From positions 62,001-126,000 of the forward strand of contig RQSC01000032.1 in the NCBI GenBank assembly GCA_013416795.1: a stretch of DNA of 64,000 nucleotides. Reading direction: 5' to 3'. This stretch comes from Prasinococcaceae sp. CCMP 1430. Its lineage: Eukaryota > Plantae > Prasinodermophyta. This document shows, piece after piece, positions 11,649 to 20,803 of the stretch. The translations under genes were made by a program, and so were the position numbers. The notes under the pieces were generated by a model. The model ran no database searches. It saw only the letters and a list, made by a program, of their open reading frames with translations, and was not told the origin of the DNA. Position 1 is the first letter of the stretch. Every line of letters begins with the position of its first letter.

Positions 11649-13247
11649 ATGGCGCTCTCCAGTCAGCCCCTCGTCAGCTCGCGCCGCTCGTGGCTTGGTG
11701 CGCGCGGTCGGGGCATACGCCTGCGGCCTCGCTCCCAGGGTGATAGCAGCGGTGGGGGGCGGAGCGGCGGGGGCGGTGACGACGCCGGAGGTGGTGGTAG
11801 CGGCAGGTACCGCCTTCGCGCGAGCGCGCGCCGGCGGCGCCGACGCGCACCAGGAGCGCCGCCGCAGGCTCCGCCGCCGGCGGGAGATGGCGGGGTGCAG
11901 CGTGCCGAGGAGCAGACCGCACAAGCAGTGCAGGCTCGCGAGCGCCTGCGCGCGAGCGGCTGGGCGGAGGCACCGGCGGCGGTTGGGGGCTGGGCTGACG
12001 ATGCGCGCTCGCACCAGGGTGCGGGCGCCCGCATGTCGGAGGTGCAGCAGATGGGGCGTTGGGAGGATGACCAGGAGGAGGAGGCGATTCCGCCGCGGCA
12101 GCCACGCGACAGGGTGGGCGAAGGGCGAGGGCGCAGACGCGTGCTGTACGCAGACGGCGCGCTGGGCACTGCACAGCGCGCCGGCGACTGGCTCGACGCC
12201 GCCGCAGAGCGCATCGCGCTCGCAGCGGCGCCAAACGCAACACAGCGCACCGCGCGAGCCACGCGCGCTCTCGTGAAAGGCGGCCTGGTGCTTGGCGCGC
12301 TCACGCTGCTCAAGGGCGTCGCAAGTGCCGCGTATGGTGCCGTGGCGCTCGCTGTCGCGTGCGGCGTTGCCCTGAACGCATGGCTCGCCGTCAGTGCCCG
12401 CGACGGCGCCGCGCGGGCACCGCCCCCCGCTGCCGACTTGCGCGGACGCCGAACGCCACCGCCCGCGCGGGAGGCTCAGGGCTACGACTACGTTCCTCAG
12501 CCGCAACGTGCGCGATCACAGTCGCGAGCGCCGTCCGCCGCGGAGGCCTGGACGTACGCAGAGGGTCCGCGAGGCGCGCAATCGGCCGGGGCTGCGCCCG
12601 CCGCAGCCGCTGCTGGGTTGTCGTACGCCACGTGGCTGAGTGAAAGCGACGAGGGCGACGCCATCAGCGAACATGAAGGAGCCGGCGTAGGCGACGGGAC
12701 AAGCTGGAGTGACGTAGGTGGCAGCGACCTCGGCACTCGTTCTCGCAGCGAGGGGGGTGGATGGACGAGCAGCGACAATGGCAACGAAGGTGGCCGAGAC
12801 CTCTTCGACGGGATCGGCGATGGGGAGGGGTATGGTGACGGCGGCGATGGTAGCTCGGTGGCCGAGGAGCTGCGCTCGACCTCGGCATCCGCGGCCAATG
12901 CACTGCGTTCAGCTCTTGAGGACGGCCGTGATGCAGCTGAGACGGCGGTCTCGGCGGCCGAGTCTGCCGCAAAATCAGCGGCTGCTGCGGCCACGGCTGC
13001 CGCCGACGCGGCCCTGGACGCCGACACGGTGGTGCGAGACGCCACTAGCGCCGTGAGCGCAACCGTCGAGTTCTGGAAGGGCCGATTTGCCGAGCGCTTC
13101 GACGGACTCGGTGGCGGTGCCGACGTTAGTGGCGCGGGCGGTGACCTCGATTTTGACTACCGCGCCGATGACTGGGCGCCTGGCGAGGGCGACAAGCGCG
13201 GCGGCCAAAGCGGCGCGGAGGGCAGCAGCGGCAAAGCTGGGCGCTGA
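11649..13247 (+). CDS. Unknown protein with plastid transit-like N-terminus and a hydrophobic hairpin
   Basis: ATG 11649 starts MALSSQPLVSSRRSWLGARGRGIRLR (S/R-rich). Hydrophobic GGLVLGALTLLKGVASAAYGAVALAVACGVALNAWL, then a long acidic tail. Confidence 0.55.
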   Translation: MALSSQPLVSSRRSWLGARGRGIRLRPRSQGDSSGGGRSGGGGDDAGGGGSGRYRLRASARRRRRRAPGAPPQAPPPAGDGGVQRAEEQTAQAVQARERLRASGWAEAPAAVGGWADDARSHQGAGARMSEVQQMGRWEDDQEEEAIPPRQPRDRVGEGRGRRRVLYADGALGTAQRAGDWLDAAAERIALAAAPNATQRTARATRALVKGGLVLGALTLLKGVASAAYGAVALAVACGVALNAWLAVSARDGAARAPPPAADLRGRRTPPPAREAQGYDYVPQPQRARSQSRAPSAAEAWTYAEGPRGAQSAGAAPAAAAAGLSYATWLSESDEGDAISEHEGAGVGDGTSWSDVGGSDLGTRSRSEGGGWTSSDNGNEGGRDLFDGIGDGEGYGDGGDGSSVAEELRSTSASAANALRSALEDGRDAAETAVSAAESAAKSAAAAATAAADAALDADTVVRDATSAVSATVEFWKGRFAERFDGLGGGADVSGAGGDLDFDYRADDWAPGEGDKRGGQSGAEGSSGKAGR

Positions 13248-13404
13248 GGAGGCCATGGCCTTGAGCAAGCTCTCAGACAAAACATAATACCCAACCGTGC
13301 GGAAGGATCCCTGCGCGCGTGCGATGTCGCGGCGACTGAAGCGCGCGTGCGGAATATGATGCATGTACGAGCATTACAGCTGCTACGCGCTCGCGCGCGC
13401 GTTA

Positions 13405-14210
13405 TCAGCGGCCGAGATGGAACTCATCCACCAGCTCCAGCCAAGTCTTGAGGATGGCCTTGCCCTCGGGAGTGATTATCGACTCTGTGTGCCGCAGCGA
13501 ACATGGGGTATCAGCTTCGCGCGTCAGCGAGCTAGGAGTGAGGGTGCGGCGTGGGACACGCGCGATCGCGGCGACGCAGCCACAGCAAGGGACACGAGGG
13601 AAGGGGGGGGAGGGGGCAACGCCCGTTCTGGAGCACACTCACGGGCACTTTCCCCGCCGCGCTCGCGTGCGCTCTCACGCACCTGGGTGAAACTGCACTC
13701 CATGTATCGGTAGCGTCCTGTGGCGCAGCGCCATGACCATCCCGTCATCTGACCACGCGGTGGGCTCCAGATCCTCGGGAAAGGTCTCCTTGTCGACCAC
13801 AAGGGAGTGGTAGCGCGCAGCCATGAAGGGCTGCGGCATGTCGCGCAGCACGCCGAGGCCCTCGTGGTTTACCATGCTGGTCTTCCCGTGCATCACCCCC
13901 ACTGGCGCGCGCGTCACCTTGCCGCCGTACGCCTGCCCGATGCATTGGTGCCCCATGCAAATCCCCATCACCGGTGTGTGCTTGCCCACTTGCGTGCACA
14001 CGCCCAGGCTGATGCCGCTGTCCTCGGGCGCGCCCGGGCCGGGCGAGATCAGCACGGCCCGGGGCTGCAGGGACGCCGCACGGTAGGAGCGCGGTGGGGC
14101 GCGTGCGGGATGTGGGGGCAGGGGGCGGGGGGCGGTTGGGGTCGAGGGAGGGGTCGGAGGCGAGACAAGGGTGTCAGAGGCAGCACGCGTGATCGAGGCG
14201 CGCCAGAACG

Positions 14211-14244
<34 letters not shown>

Positions 14245-14438
14245 CGAGAGCGCAGCGCGCCCCCGCACTCGCTCGCCTCTCTCCGTTGTGTGCGCACCTT
14301 GGCGGCCTCCAGCTCCTCGAGCGTGATTTCGTCGTTTCGGACGACGTCGAAGTCGCAACCGAGGTCACCCAGGTACTGGCACACGTTGTACGTGAAGCTG
14401 TCGTAGTTGTCCACCACCACGACCACGCCTTCGCGCAC
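13405..14438 (-). CDS. trpG: Anthranilate synthase beta subunit / TrpG-type glutamine amidotransferase; exons 14298-14438+, 13683-14064, 13405-13484; start unresolved
   Basis: [38 protein letters not shown] and GVQFHP|ESII. Splice junctions are canonical. No in-frame ATG upstream. Confidence 0.9.
14214..14244. repeat. Poly-G run (31 nt) inside the trpG intron
   Basis: Directly visible homopolymer. Confidence 0.9.
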
Positions 14439-14518
14439 CGGCGGCGCGGCCGCCGCGGCCGCCGCGCACCTCGCAGCGCGCCACAGCGCGGCGGGGGGTG
14501 GGGTGTACCGGGCTCGCG

Positions 14519-14877
14519 ATGGACGCGGCGCAGCGGCAGGCCGCCGAGGCGGCGGCCTTCCGGTCGCTGGTGGCGCACCTGGACGCGTGCGGCGGCGCGG
14601 TGCAGAACATCGACCTCATGAACCTGGCGGGCTTCTGCCGCAACTGCCTGTCGAAGTGGTACCTCGCGGGCGCGCGCGCGGCCGGCGCGGCGGGCCTCAC
14701 GTACGACGACGCGTGCGTGGCCGTCTACGGCGAGCCGTACGCCGACTGGAAGAAGAAGCACCAGAAGAAGGCCACCGCCGAGCAGCTGGAGCTCTTCGAG
14801 CGGATGAAGGCCATGCACGCCCAGCACGACCCCGCGCTCACCGCGCCCCCCCCGCCGCCCGCCGCCGCGCCTTGTGA
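14519..14877 (+). CDS. DUF1244 (SMc04008-like) family protein
   Basis: [12 protein letters not shown]...[21 protein letters not shown]...[18 protein letters not shown] is the DUF1244 signature. The 3' end is uncertain: the frame reads on to 15301, but a TGA at 14875 lies in another frame just after a C8 run. Confidence 0.85.
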
Positions 14878-15111
14878 CCCCCGGGTCCTCGCGCGCCGCA
14901 CGGCCAGCGCGCCGACGCGCGCGTACTCTGTGCAGGCTGTAGACCCTCCTCCCCCCCAAAAATGCACGCGTTCTCAGCCTCGCGCTTCGACGTCCAAAGT
15001 GCCGACGCGAAGCTCGCGGAGCGCTTCCGCACACGTGCACAACGAGCCTGCGTCCCTCCCTCGCAATCAAAAGCTGGCCAGAGGCTTGCGCACCGGAGTC
15101 GAATGGGACGA

Positions 15112-15560
15112 GAGGATGCGTTTAGCCGATCGGACCGCGGCCAAACGTACCATCCGGATGGTACAGTACAGGACCGTCCGGGATGGTATGCACAGTATGT
15201 ATTGTACCATCGATGGTAGACTTCCGGAGGAGACTTCCGGAGGGTTCAGGTTCGCTGGCGTAGACCCGGTCATTCCCAACGACGGACCGGGTTCAAAGTA
15301 GGCACACCGCGCTCTCCTTACCACGCCCCCACCAAACATCAAAGCCTCCTTCCTTGGCTGGGGTGTGCGCGAGCGGTGTTGTGATGGCCCGGCTGCGTGT
15401 CGTCCGGCTGGGCTCCCTTTCCGTTCAGCCCACGCGCGGATCCGGATCTCCAGCGGCGCGGCCCTGGCTGGCGGCGCGCGCCCCGCCCCGGGAGAGAGTG
15501 GTCAGACCGGGGTGATCCGATCGGATCGAACCGGGTGTTCGCGCGAAGACCGGGTGTAAA
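15112..15560. repeat. Intergenic cluster of short palindromes and a 13-bp tandem duplication
   Basis: GTACCATCCGGATGGTAC 15147-15164, TACCATCGATGGTA 15205-15218, AGACTTCCGGAGG x2 15218-15243, GATCCGGATC 15439-15448 and GATCCGATCGGATC 15514-15527. Confidence 0.8.
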
Positions 15561-15959
15561 CGGTGAACTTTCTGTAGTCCCATGAGCGCGCGGCGCGCGG
15601 TGTCAGGCGGCCGGCCGGGGCCACAGCGCAATCTTATCCGCTGTCGGTCCGGCGGACGGCCGTGGCGCGCGCAGCAGCCGCCGCGCCCGGGGCAGCGCAC
15701 CTCAGTCTGCTGGGAGTGGCGGGGGCGGGCGAGCGCCTTCCTCGCGAGAGAGATGGGCAAGTTCAACGGGGGTCCCCAACCCCAAGTGTCCCTTGAGCCT
15801 AGCGAGGGAAGGGCAAAGGGGAAGGCCCAGCGGGGCCCGGTGCGCATGTGTGAACGGTAGCGCGCGCGCGCGCGCACGCGTGGCGCGGCGCACGGGCGAC
15901 GGCGCGACGACGTGCAGCGCCGTGCCGGCGCCGCGCCGCGCCGCGCGGGCGCGCGCTGC

Positions 15960-16481
15960 ATGGCTGGCAAGAAGGAGAAGCAGAGCTTCATGGACTGTGC
16001 GTTGGCGCGCCGCTGCGGCTGACTGGCGCGTGGTACTCCGCAGAGCGCGCGTGCGGCGGAGTGTGCGGCGCTGTGGGCGTGCGAGCGGGAGGGCAGCGCG
16101 CACAAATGCGGCGCCCACCGCCCGGCACCTGGCCCGTTGTGGGCACCTGGCCCGGCCCAGGAGGGCCCGGCCCAGGCGCCGGTGGAAACGCGGCCTCGGG
16201 CTTGCGCGCTCGTTTTTGTCGCGCTTGCGCGCGACGCGTAGCCATAGCTGACCTGTACATGCGCCCGCTGGCTCACTCGCTCCGCAGGGTTCATGGAGGC
16301 TGCCGTGAAGGACTCGAGCGCGTACGCCGGCTACGAGAGCGAGCTCAAGAGCAAGGAGTCTATCGCGCAGTTTGGCAAGTTCAAGGCTGACGCCGCTAAG
16401 GCCAAGGCCGCGCAGAAGGGCAAGTCCCCCTCTATCCTGAGCGGACTGTTCTCCTCGGGTGGCGTTGTATTCAAGAAGTGA
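15960..16481 (+). CDS. Small TSP9-like (thylakoid soluble phosphoprotein-like) protein, 2 exons (15960-15996, 16288-16481)
   Basis: Spliced product MAGKKEKQSFMDWFMEAAVKDSSAYAGYESELK...SILSGLFSSGGVVFKK. Donor T|GTGCGT, branch GCTGAC, acceptor CCGCAG|. Resembles plant TSP9 (KQEKSFVDWL...GGLFAKK, from memory). The ATG of the transit peptide was not found. Confidence 0.5.
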
Positions 16482-16726
16482 GCGGCGCGCACGGCGGCAG
16501 CGGATGCGCGACCGGCGCAGCACTGTCTGAGTTGAGCCCATGCATTGCGTGGCGCGGGCGCTCCCGACGGCACACTGAGACTACGTGTACACGATACGAG
16601 TATTTCAGAAATAAATCGTTGCGGCCGACCGTCTGCGCCCGGCGCTGCGAGCGTCCACGTCCGTGGCGCGGCCGCGCTGCGAGCGCGCGCCGCGACTTTC
16701 CCTCGCCTCGACCGAGCCTCGCTGGA

Positions 16727-18448
16727 TCACTTCGTCCGCGGCTGGCGACCCTCGATAGCCAGCAGCTTGTCAATGGCGCCGTCTTTGTTGTACTCAGCGA
16801 CCACGCGCTTGGCGGTCTCGGGTATGTGTGCCTCGGCGTGCTTCGGGGAGAAGTGCCTCTTGACGTAGAGATAGTTGCGGATGGTGTGGTAGTCGAGCGA
16901 GTACCTGCCGAACTCAAGACCCTTCGGACCGATCTTCTCGAGCGCCCATGCAAGTACGCGTCCGGCGACGATGGGCATGGGCTTCTCCGGGCCCATTCCG
17001 AAAGCCGCGTCGTCGTCCGCCTCCACTGTCTGCATCACGAACGCACGGCGATCGCCGCTGCTCACCGTCGGCAAACTTCGCGCGCGCACGTGTCAGGGGC
17101 GACGGTGGCGGGGGGGCGCGTGCGCACGACAGGCGGCATCGCACACCGGCAAGCTGGCGCACGCTCACATGTACATGTCCTTGGCCACCATGTCGAACAT
17201 TTCACGTCCGCGCCTGTTGCGAATTGTCACGTACTGCGGATGCTCGGTCATATCCACGCCGTACCATGGGACGCCCACTGCGGGCGCGGGCGCCAGCGAG
17301 CGAGCGGGCGCGCCAGGCGTGTGCGGGTTGTGCGGCAGGGAGAGACGTCGAGAGTGGCGCACGCCGTCAGCGTATGAGCGGCGGGCGGTCTGCCGCGGGG
17401 CACTTGTCTAGTGCGCAGGCAGCGCATGCAACGCACTGTATCCGACCACCATGTCAGCCAGGTTGTTGGGATAGTCAAAGCACGAGTAGCACGAGGGCGC
17501 GATGACATCCCTCAGATCGTTCGCTGGGAGGCTGAAGTACGGGACCTTCTCCGTGCGGCCGTCCTCGTGCTTGAGGTGCACGTTGTAATCCTGCATGAAC
17601 TCGTAGTGCTTGACTGTCGCCGGATCGTCCGAGGCCGCGTTAAGGAACGTGTCCAGCGCTCCGGGCGGGCCGTTGTCTGTGCAGTTGGTGCCCAGCACGT
17701 AGAGCTCGTCGAGCTGCAGGTACTTCTCGACCGACCGAAGCGCCTGCACGGCGCAGCCCACGCCTATGAAGAGCAGCTTCTTTATGCCTCGGGCCTCTAC
17801 CTCTGCCAGTACGCTCAAGTTCGGGGAAATCGAGGGCTTGACGCCCCTCGAAGCCATGATGTCCTCCTCTGTGAGCGCCAGCACGGGCTTGGGCGCGCGC
17901 GGGTCGTCGTCCTGCCCCTGGACGCACACGACGCCCTCGACCTTCCCGCTGCGGAGCATCTCCAGCGCGACGCTGGTCACGATGCCCGTCCATTGCGCCC
18001 CCTCCACCGCGCGCCGCCGCCGCGCGTAGAGCAGCTCCTCGTGAACCCCAAAGTGCTTCGTGTCCTCGCACGCCACGTCGCGTGCCTTGCCGTGCACGCG
18101 CTCCTCCATGGCCTCGATTCGGCTCATGCCGTCGCCAATGAAAGGGCACGACTCCTTGACGTGTGCGATGTAGTACGTGTCGCACACGCCACAGCGCGAG
18201 CAGTGCTCCCGGGCGGGGTAGACACCGCCCGGCTTGATCGGCCTTGCTCGCGACCGCCAGTCCCTTTCTCCCGCGCCCTTGCTGCTCCCACCGACCGCCT
18301 CCCCGCCAGTCGTCACCGCCGCTGCGCGCCGCCGCGCCGTCCCCCAACCCCAAGTCTGCCGCCCCAAGCAATGACCGCCACGCTGCGGCGCCGCGCGCAC
18401 CGCCGTGCACGCCGCCGCAGCCGGGAGGGACGCCACGCTCGTAGCCAT
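16727..18448 (-). CDS. HCAR: 7-hydroxymethyl chlorophyll a reductase, 3 exons (17437-18448, 17169-17277, 16727-17075)
   Basis: Transit peptide, then YPAREHCSRCGVCDTYY, GAQWTGIVT, GVGCAVQALR, GTNCTDN, APSCYSCFDY and GPKGLEF. Confidence 0.95.
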
Positions 18449-18768
18449 CCTCGCCCTGCCTTGAGCCCTCCCGCTGCCCCCCTGGCGAGGCCCGCCCCGC
18501 TGGCGCCGCGCTGCGCGCCTGGAGTGACCGCGCGCCCGCCGGTGCATTTGGGTTGGCACGTCCCTTTTTTTTCCCTCGTCAGGCACAGGGCACAGCCCGC
18601 GTCCCGCGACGTACGCTGTGGCGGACGCTGATGACTGATGATCAAATGAGGTTGACGTGTCTCAACGTGACGAAATCCGTTAAAACTGTGCGCGCTGTGC
18701 GCGTTTCGTGGCGGCGCGCAGGGCGAGCGGCACTCTCCTAACTAATATGGTGCTGCTCTCGCCTGGGC

Positions 18769-20136
18769 TCACAGCGTCTTGGGCAGCACGCTGCCACTGG
18801 CGCCACCGTTGCCACCCCAGCAGCTGGATGGCGCCAGCAGCGTCACGGCTAGCAGGGCCACGCCTGCGATGACGAGGCCGCCGCCGAGCCAGCGCTGCCA
18901 GCCTGAGGTGGCTCCCCTCCCGAGCACCCCCACCGCCGAGGTGGAGGTCTCGCGCACGTTGCGGCGGCTAATGAGCTCATGGGCGACGTCTGTGGCCTGA
19001 GCGCTTTCCTCGGCTGCCGCATGGGCCTGCCTGAGGCGCTGGGCGCCCTCGCGGAGCCGCGCGGCGGCCTCGTCAGACTCTCGGGTGGGGTCGAGCAGCG
19101 GGTCGTGCGGCCAGCCTCGGCGGTCGCGCTGGCGACGCATTGTGTCAGCGATCATCTGCTCGCGCTCCGGCGTTCCGATCTTCGTCCCGTTGAGCAGCGA
19201 CAAGTCCACAGTCGACTCGTCCTCAAAGCCGGGAAGGCCGAGTTTATAATACGGCGGAACTGCCGCGATCGCCGCATCGAGCGTGATGTTCCACGGGACC
19301 GGGGAGAAGTGCAGAAAGGCGTTGGCGTACCAAGCACCCCTGAGCACGGTGGGGCGGGCGTGCACGAGCTTGCCGCCCTCGTAGTGGAGCATCTCGCCTG
19401 CGTCCAAATTCACGGCGTGGTACCGGCCAAAGTGATCCCTGAGCACGAGCGGCCATGGTTCGAGGATGTCGTGGGCGATGTGCAAGACAGAGCTGATGAT
19501 GTGCGTCTCCTTTTTGTCGAGGTGCTGGGCTAGCACGGTCTGGTCGAAGTAGACCCTCACGCCGTACAGCGCGTTGAACTGGAGCTTGCACTTGCACCAG
19601 CGCTCGTGGATGGGCTGCAGCGTCTCGATGATCTCCTTCTGCAGCTCCTTTGGCAGCCAGATCATGGCAGGGAGGGCTGCGCGCGAGGTGATTGCCGAGG
19701 ACGGATCCGTCACTCCCTCCTCAATCTTCATCTTGTCCACGTTGTCGTGCACAAACTTGTAGAGCTTGTTGTAGAGAGGCCTCGGCATCTCTTCCACCTG
19801 CAAGCCTTTGGCCGTCATATTTGGTATGAAGAGCTCCTGTCCGAACACGCGCCAGTTATCGAAGCGCTTGTTGGGATCCATCTCCTTCATGAGCTCGGCC
19901 TCGCGCTGGGCGAGTTCGCGCGGGTCGCGGAAGTTGTACGGCGAGTCCAGTGGCCACTCGTGCCCCCAGTTCCGGTAGTACTTCGCATCTCGCTCCGTGC
20001 TGTCCCAGCCCGCCGAGTGCGCCTTGGGTGCGCTCGTGACGAGCAGGAGGAAGGCGAAGAGCAGCGCCCCGGTCGCGGCAGCCGCCCGTTGACAAGCACC
20101 GCCTCGTCGCGCTCGACGCGCTGGCAGCGCGGCCAT
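18769..20136 (-). CDS. Secreted or membrane-anchored 2OG-Fe(II) oxygenase-like protein (algal prolyl-hydroxylase-like family)
   Basis: Signal-like GALLFAFLLLVTSA, YGVRVY...HLD (HxD), EPWPLVLRDH...YEGGKLVHARP...YANAFLHF, and a C-terminal TM segment WLGGGLVIAGVALLAVTLL. Confidence 0.7.
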   Translation of the reverse strand: MAALPARRARRGGACQRAAAATGALLFAFLLLVTSAPKAHSAGWDSTERDAKYYRNWGHEWPLDSPYNFRDPRELAQREAELMKEMDPNKRFDNWRVFGQELFIPNMTAKGLQVEEMPRPLYNKLYKFVHDNVDKMKIEEGVTDPSSAITSRAALPAMIWLPKELQKEIIETLQPIHERWCKCKLQFNALYGVRVYFDQTVLAQHLDKKETHIISSVLHIAHDILEPWPLVLRDHFGRYHAVNLDAGEMLHYEGGKLVHARPTVLRGAWYANAFLHFSPVPWNITLDAAIAAVPPYYKLGLPGFEDESTVDLSLLNGTKIGTPEREQMIADTMRRQRDRRGWPHDPLLDPTRESDEAAARLREGAQRLRQAHAAAEESAQATDVAHELISRRNVRETSTSAVGVLGRGATSGWQRWLGGGLVIAGVALLAVTLLAPSSCWGGNGGASGSVLPKTL

Positions 20137-20279
20137 CGCGGACTCTGCCGGCACGCCCCCGCGACAGCTGGAGTCGAGTCCCGATGCGCACTCAACACCC
20201 CTCTCGCAGCGATCGGGCGGGGGCGCCGCCACTCGCGCTGGGCCGCCGCGCCGCTCCTCGCCCGCCCGCGCGCCCGCCC

Positions 20280-20803
20280 NNNNNNNNNNNNNNNNNNNNN
20301 NNNNNNNNNNNNNNNNNNNNNNNNNNNNNNNNNNNNNNNNNNNNNNNNNNNNNNNNNNNNNNNNNNNNNNNNNNNNNNNNNNNNNNNNNNNNNNNNNNNN
20401 NNNNNNNNNNNNNNNNNNNNNNNNNNNNNNNNNNNNNNNNNNNNNNNNNNNNNNNNNNNNNNNNNNNNNNNNNNNNNNNNNNNNNNNNNNNNNNNNNNNN
20501 NNNNNNNNNNNNNNNNNNNNNNNNNNNNNNNNNNNNNNNNNNNNNNNNNNNNNNNNNNNNNNNNNNNNNNNNNNNNNNNNNNNNNNNNNNNNNNNNNNNN
20601 NNNNNNNNNNNNNNNNNNNNNNNNNNNNNNNNNNNNNNNNNNNNNNNNNNNNNNNNNNNNNNNNNNNNNNNNNNNNNNNNNNNNNNNNNNNNNNNNNNNN
20701 NNNNNNNNNNNNNNNNNNNNNNNNNNNNNNNNNNNNNNNNNNNNNNNNNNNNNNNNNNNNNNNNNNNNNNNNNNNNNNNNNNNNNNNNNNNNNNNNNNNN
20801 NNN
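20280..20803. other. Assembly gap (524 N)
   Basis: Run of N between two divergent genes. Confidence 1.

Noticed and set aside
9740-11743. 667-aa plus-strand ORF
   Set aside because: Antisense shadow of the BTB gene, with the typical Ser/Ala-rich composition.
14878-15301. C-terminal extension of DUF1244 in the 267-aa ORF
   Set aside because: Codon bias collapses after 14877 and the extension runs through the palindrome island. More likely read-through caused by an indel in the C8 run.
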